Assembly: GCA_950097015.1 (NCBI GenBank)
Contig: CATNEN010000030.1
Coordinates: 4,340,001-4,404,000 of the forward strand
DNA length: 64,000 nt
Source of the DNA: Macrostomum hystrix
Taxonomy: Eukaryota; Animalia; Platyhelminthes
Reading direction: 5' to 3'
Shown: piece by piece, positions 61,791 through 64,000 of the stretch
Position numbering within the stretch: position 1 is the stretch's first letter
Layout: each line of letters starts with the position of its first letter
The notes under the pieces: model-generated
What the model saw: the letters and a program-made list of their open reading frames with translations, nothing else
What the model was told of the DNA's origin: nothing
The model's database searches: none
Position numbers and translations under genes: made by a program

Positions 61791-63104
61791 TTAATCTCAG
61801 TAAATATATTAATCTTTCTACTCCTCACTCTTGTGCTAGCAGCACACCTTGGTTAAAGAGACTTGACATACAAGTGTAGCTGCGAGTAGTAATTAAGAAT
61901 AAATATATTACCCAATAGTGCTCACGCTGAGCATACAGTGAATGCCTCAAATTTAATATCGTATTTGAGCACGAGAAAATAAAATAATCCATTTCATGCG
62001 CACATGCCCATGAGTCCCAGCTCATCCATGTTTCAGCAGCTGCGATACACTCAATCTCTGGGCGCCATCAACAGAGCGATAGGCATCTCGGAGAGCAGTA
62101 ATTTTTCCCATTCGCTGGACAGCTAAAAGCAGAAAAATTTGAGCGGAATTTCGGCCCGCAAATCCGGTTTGTTGGCCTATTCTTAAAGAAAAAAGACAAG
62201 CTTTTTATCCCTATTTATTTCGATGTGATAACAAATTTATTTCTCCAACTCGATGCGAACAGGTCACCAGCTCTGTCCCCACCCTGACCGGCAGTAAAAT
62301 GGCCAAAACGGACTCAACATTGAGTCGCATCCACTACAGCACCGCCGCGGCACACGGTCCATTATTGATGGCCCTGCACTCCCTTAATCAGCGCGGCAAA
62401 TCGGTGCTTTTCTCCAACTGGCATCGAATTTCTCCAGCCAGTCCCCAGCGGTCGCATTGCTGTCCGAGTCTGCGCGGATGCTGCAAGCTGACCAGGGAGA
62501 AACTTAGCCCACGGAAACCAATTTGAGAAGCAATTGAGTTCACAAGTGTTTGCCTGGCAGGTCTCAAAAAATGGCTCTGCGATGAGCATCACCTTCTTTC
62601 ATTTAGTCTCCACGGGCCTGAGTTCAAGTGGAACTGGGGAGCAGGGACTCAAAAGAGGAAAGCGGATCTCTTACAACTAGCAAAACAGCGACAGCAACCA
62701 CCTGTTTCTCCTCACAGGAGGTCACCGGCTGGGATCAGTTTTGATCAATTCCTCTAAGCGAATCCAAACATTCCGCACACTTTGAGAAAGAAATCTGATA
62801 AAGAGGCTACTCATGACCCGCGACAGCAAACAGCTCAGGGATGAACAGCAAACTTAACTGGTGTGCCAGAATCTGACAAACAATAATTCATGGGCTAATG
62901 GCGGAATTGCTTATTTAGACTGGAGCTGCTGTTTGCTTTAAAAAAAGCCACTCGTCGGAATATCTGAGTAGGGGTCATCACCGACTGAACTCATCACTCT
63001 ACTCACTACCGCCAGTAGCACTTGCGGTTTGTTGGACTGCATTTCCAATTTTCGATACCCTTGCATTTCGTCCTTAGCTCCTCATCTCCATCTCCCTGCA
63101 TCTC

Positions 63105-63620
63105 TCTCTCTTCCTTTCCCATCTCTCTCTCTCTATTCCTTTCCCATCTCTCTCTCTCTATTCCTTACCCATCTCTCTCTATTCCTTTCCCATCTCTCTC
63201 TATTCCTTTCCCATCTCTCTCTATTCCTTTCCCATCTCTCTCTATTCCTTTCCCATCTCTCTCTATTCCTTTCCCATCTCTCTCTATTCCTTTCCCATCT
63301 CTCTCTATTCCTTTCCAATCTCTCTCTATTCCTTTCCCATCTCTCTCTATTCCTTTCCCATCTCTCTCTATTCCTTTCCCATCTCTCTCTATTCCTTTCC
63401 CATCTATCTCTATTCCTTTCCAATCTCTCTCTATTCCTTTCCCATCTCTCTCTATTCCTTTCCCATCTCTCTCTATTCCTTTCCCATCTCTCTCTATTCC
63501 TTTCCCATCTCTCTCTATTCCTTTCCCATCTCTCTCTCCCTTTCCCATCACTCTCTATTCCTTTCCCATCTCTCTCTATTCCTTTCCCATCTCTCTCTAT
63601 TCATTTCCAATCTCTCTCTT
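63105..63620. repeat. 21-bp pyrimidine-rich minisatellite, about 22 copies
   Basis: Unit ctctctctattcctttcccat. Confidence 0.96.
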
Positions 63621-64000
63621 TATCTTCCTTTTCCATCTGCAATAAAAAAGTGCAGCAAAAAGTGAAGGTCTTTTCATGGTCATGCAGAAACTGTTGAAAG
63701 TACGAGCAGTTGCAATAGTGTCTGAAGCGACAAGAACCGTTCGCGTCAAATTTATTTTTGAAGTAAAGCAATGGTATTATCAGTTGTGGCAAAACTAGTA
63801 AAATTAAAGTTCGCGTCAAATATTATTTAAATTAATAGTGTTACACCGACACAAAGTTACAACAAACAAAGAAAATCTAACTCTGGCCTCAATAAGTACC
63901 TGAATAAACTATTTCTTACAATCTTCAGGCTTAAAATACTAAACAGTAGAAATATTTGGTCACTTTCGCAAAACCAAAATATTTGCGAACAAAAATTCAT

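Overview
Eukaryotic (animal) genomic DNA. It has compact intron-poor genes, GC-rich codons, many minisatellites (about a fifth of the window) and a tRNA-derived SINE family. The overall style resembles a free-living flatworm such as Macrostomum, but that is inference only. Genes supported, in order: a spliced rhodopsin-type peptide GPCR with a polyQ third intracellular loop (-); an intronless atypical GPCR (+); odd-skipped-related zinc-finger gene A (+); a dual-specificity-phosphatase-like gene that seems to lack the catalytic Cys (+); a gamma-butyrobetaine dioxygenase-like gene (-); ATP synthase subunit c (+); mitochondrial malate dehydrogenase (+); two tandem Lifeguard/TMBIM genes (+); a GLUT/SLC2A transporter (+); a three-exon uncharacterised gene only partly visible in the ORF track (-); and odd-skipped-related gene B (-). 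Mobile DNA: a decayed mariner, a probable MITE and four SINE copies. Top observations: (1) The two convergent Osr paralogues, 40 kb apart, share a 248-nt zinc-finger block with only 2 (synonymous) differences, while the flanks are unalignable. This points to gene conversion. (2) The hidden three-exon gene has BRCT-like and RAP1-C-terminus-like segments. (3) A minisatellite carrying 18 perfect AP-1 sites ends 67 nt upstream of the second Lifeguard start codon. No CRISPR array, rRNA or genuine tRNA gene was found. All alignments were done by eye and no database searches were run.
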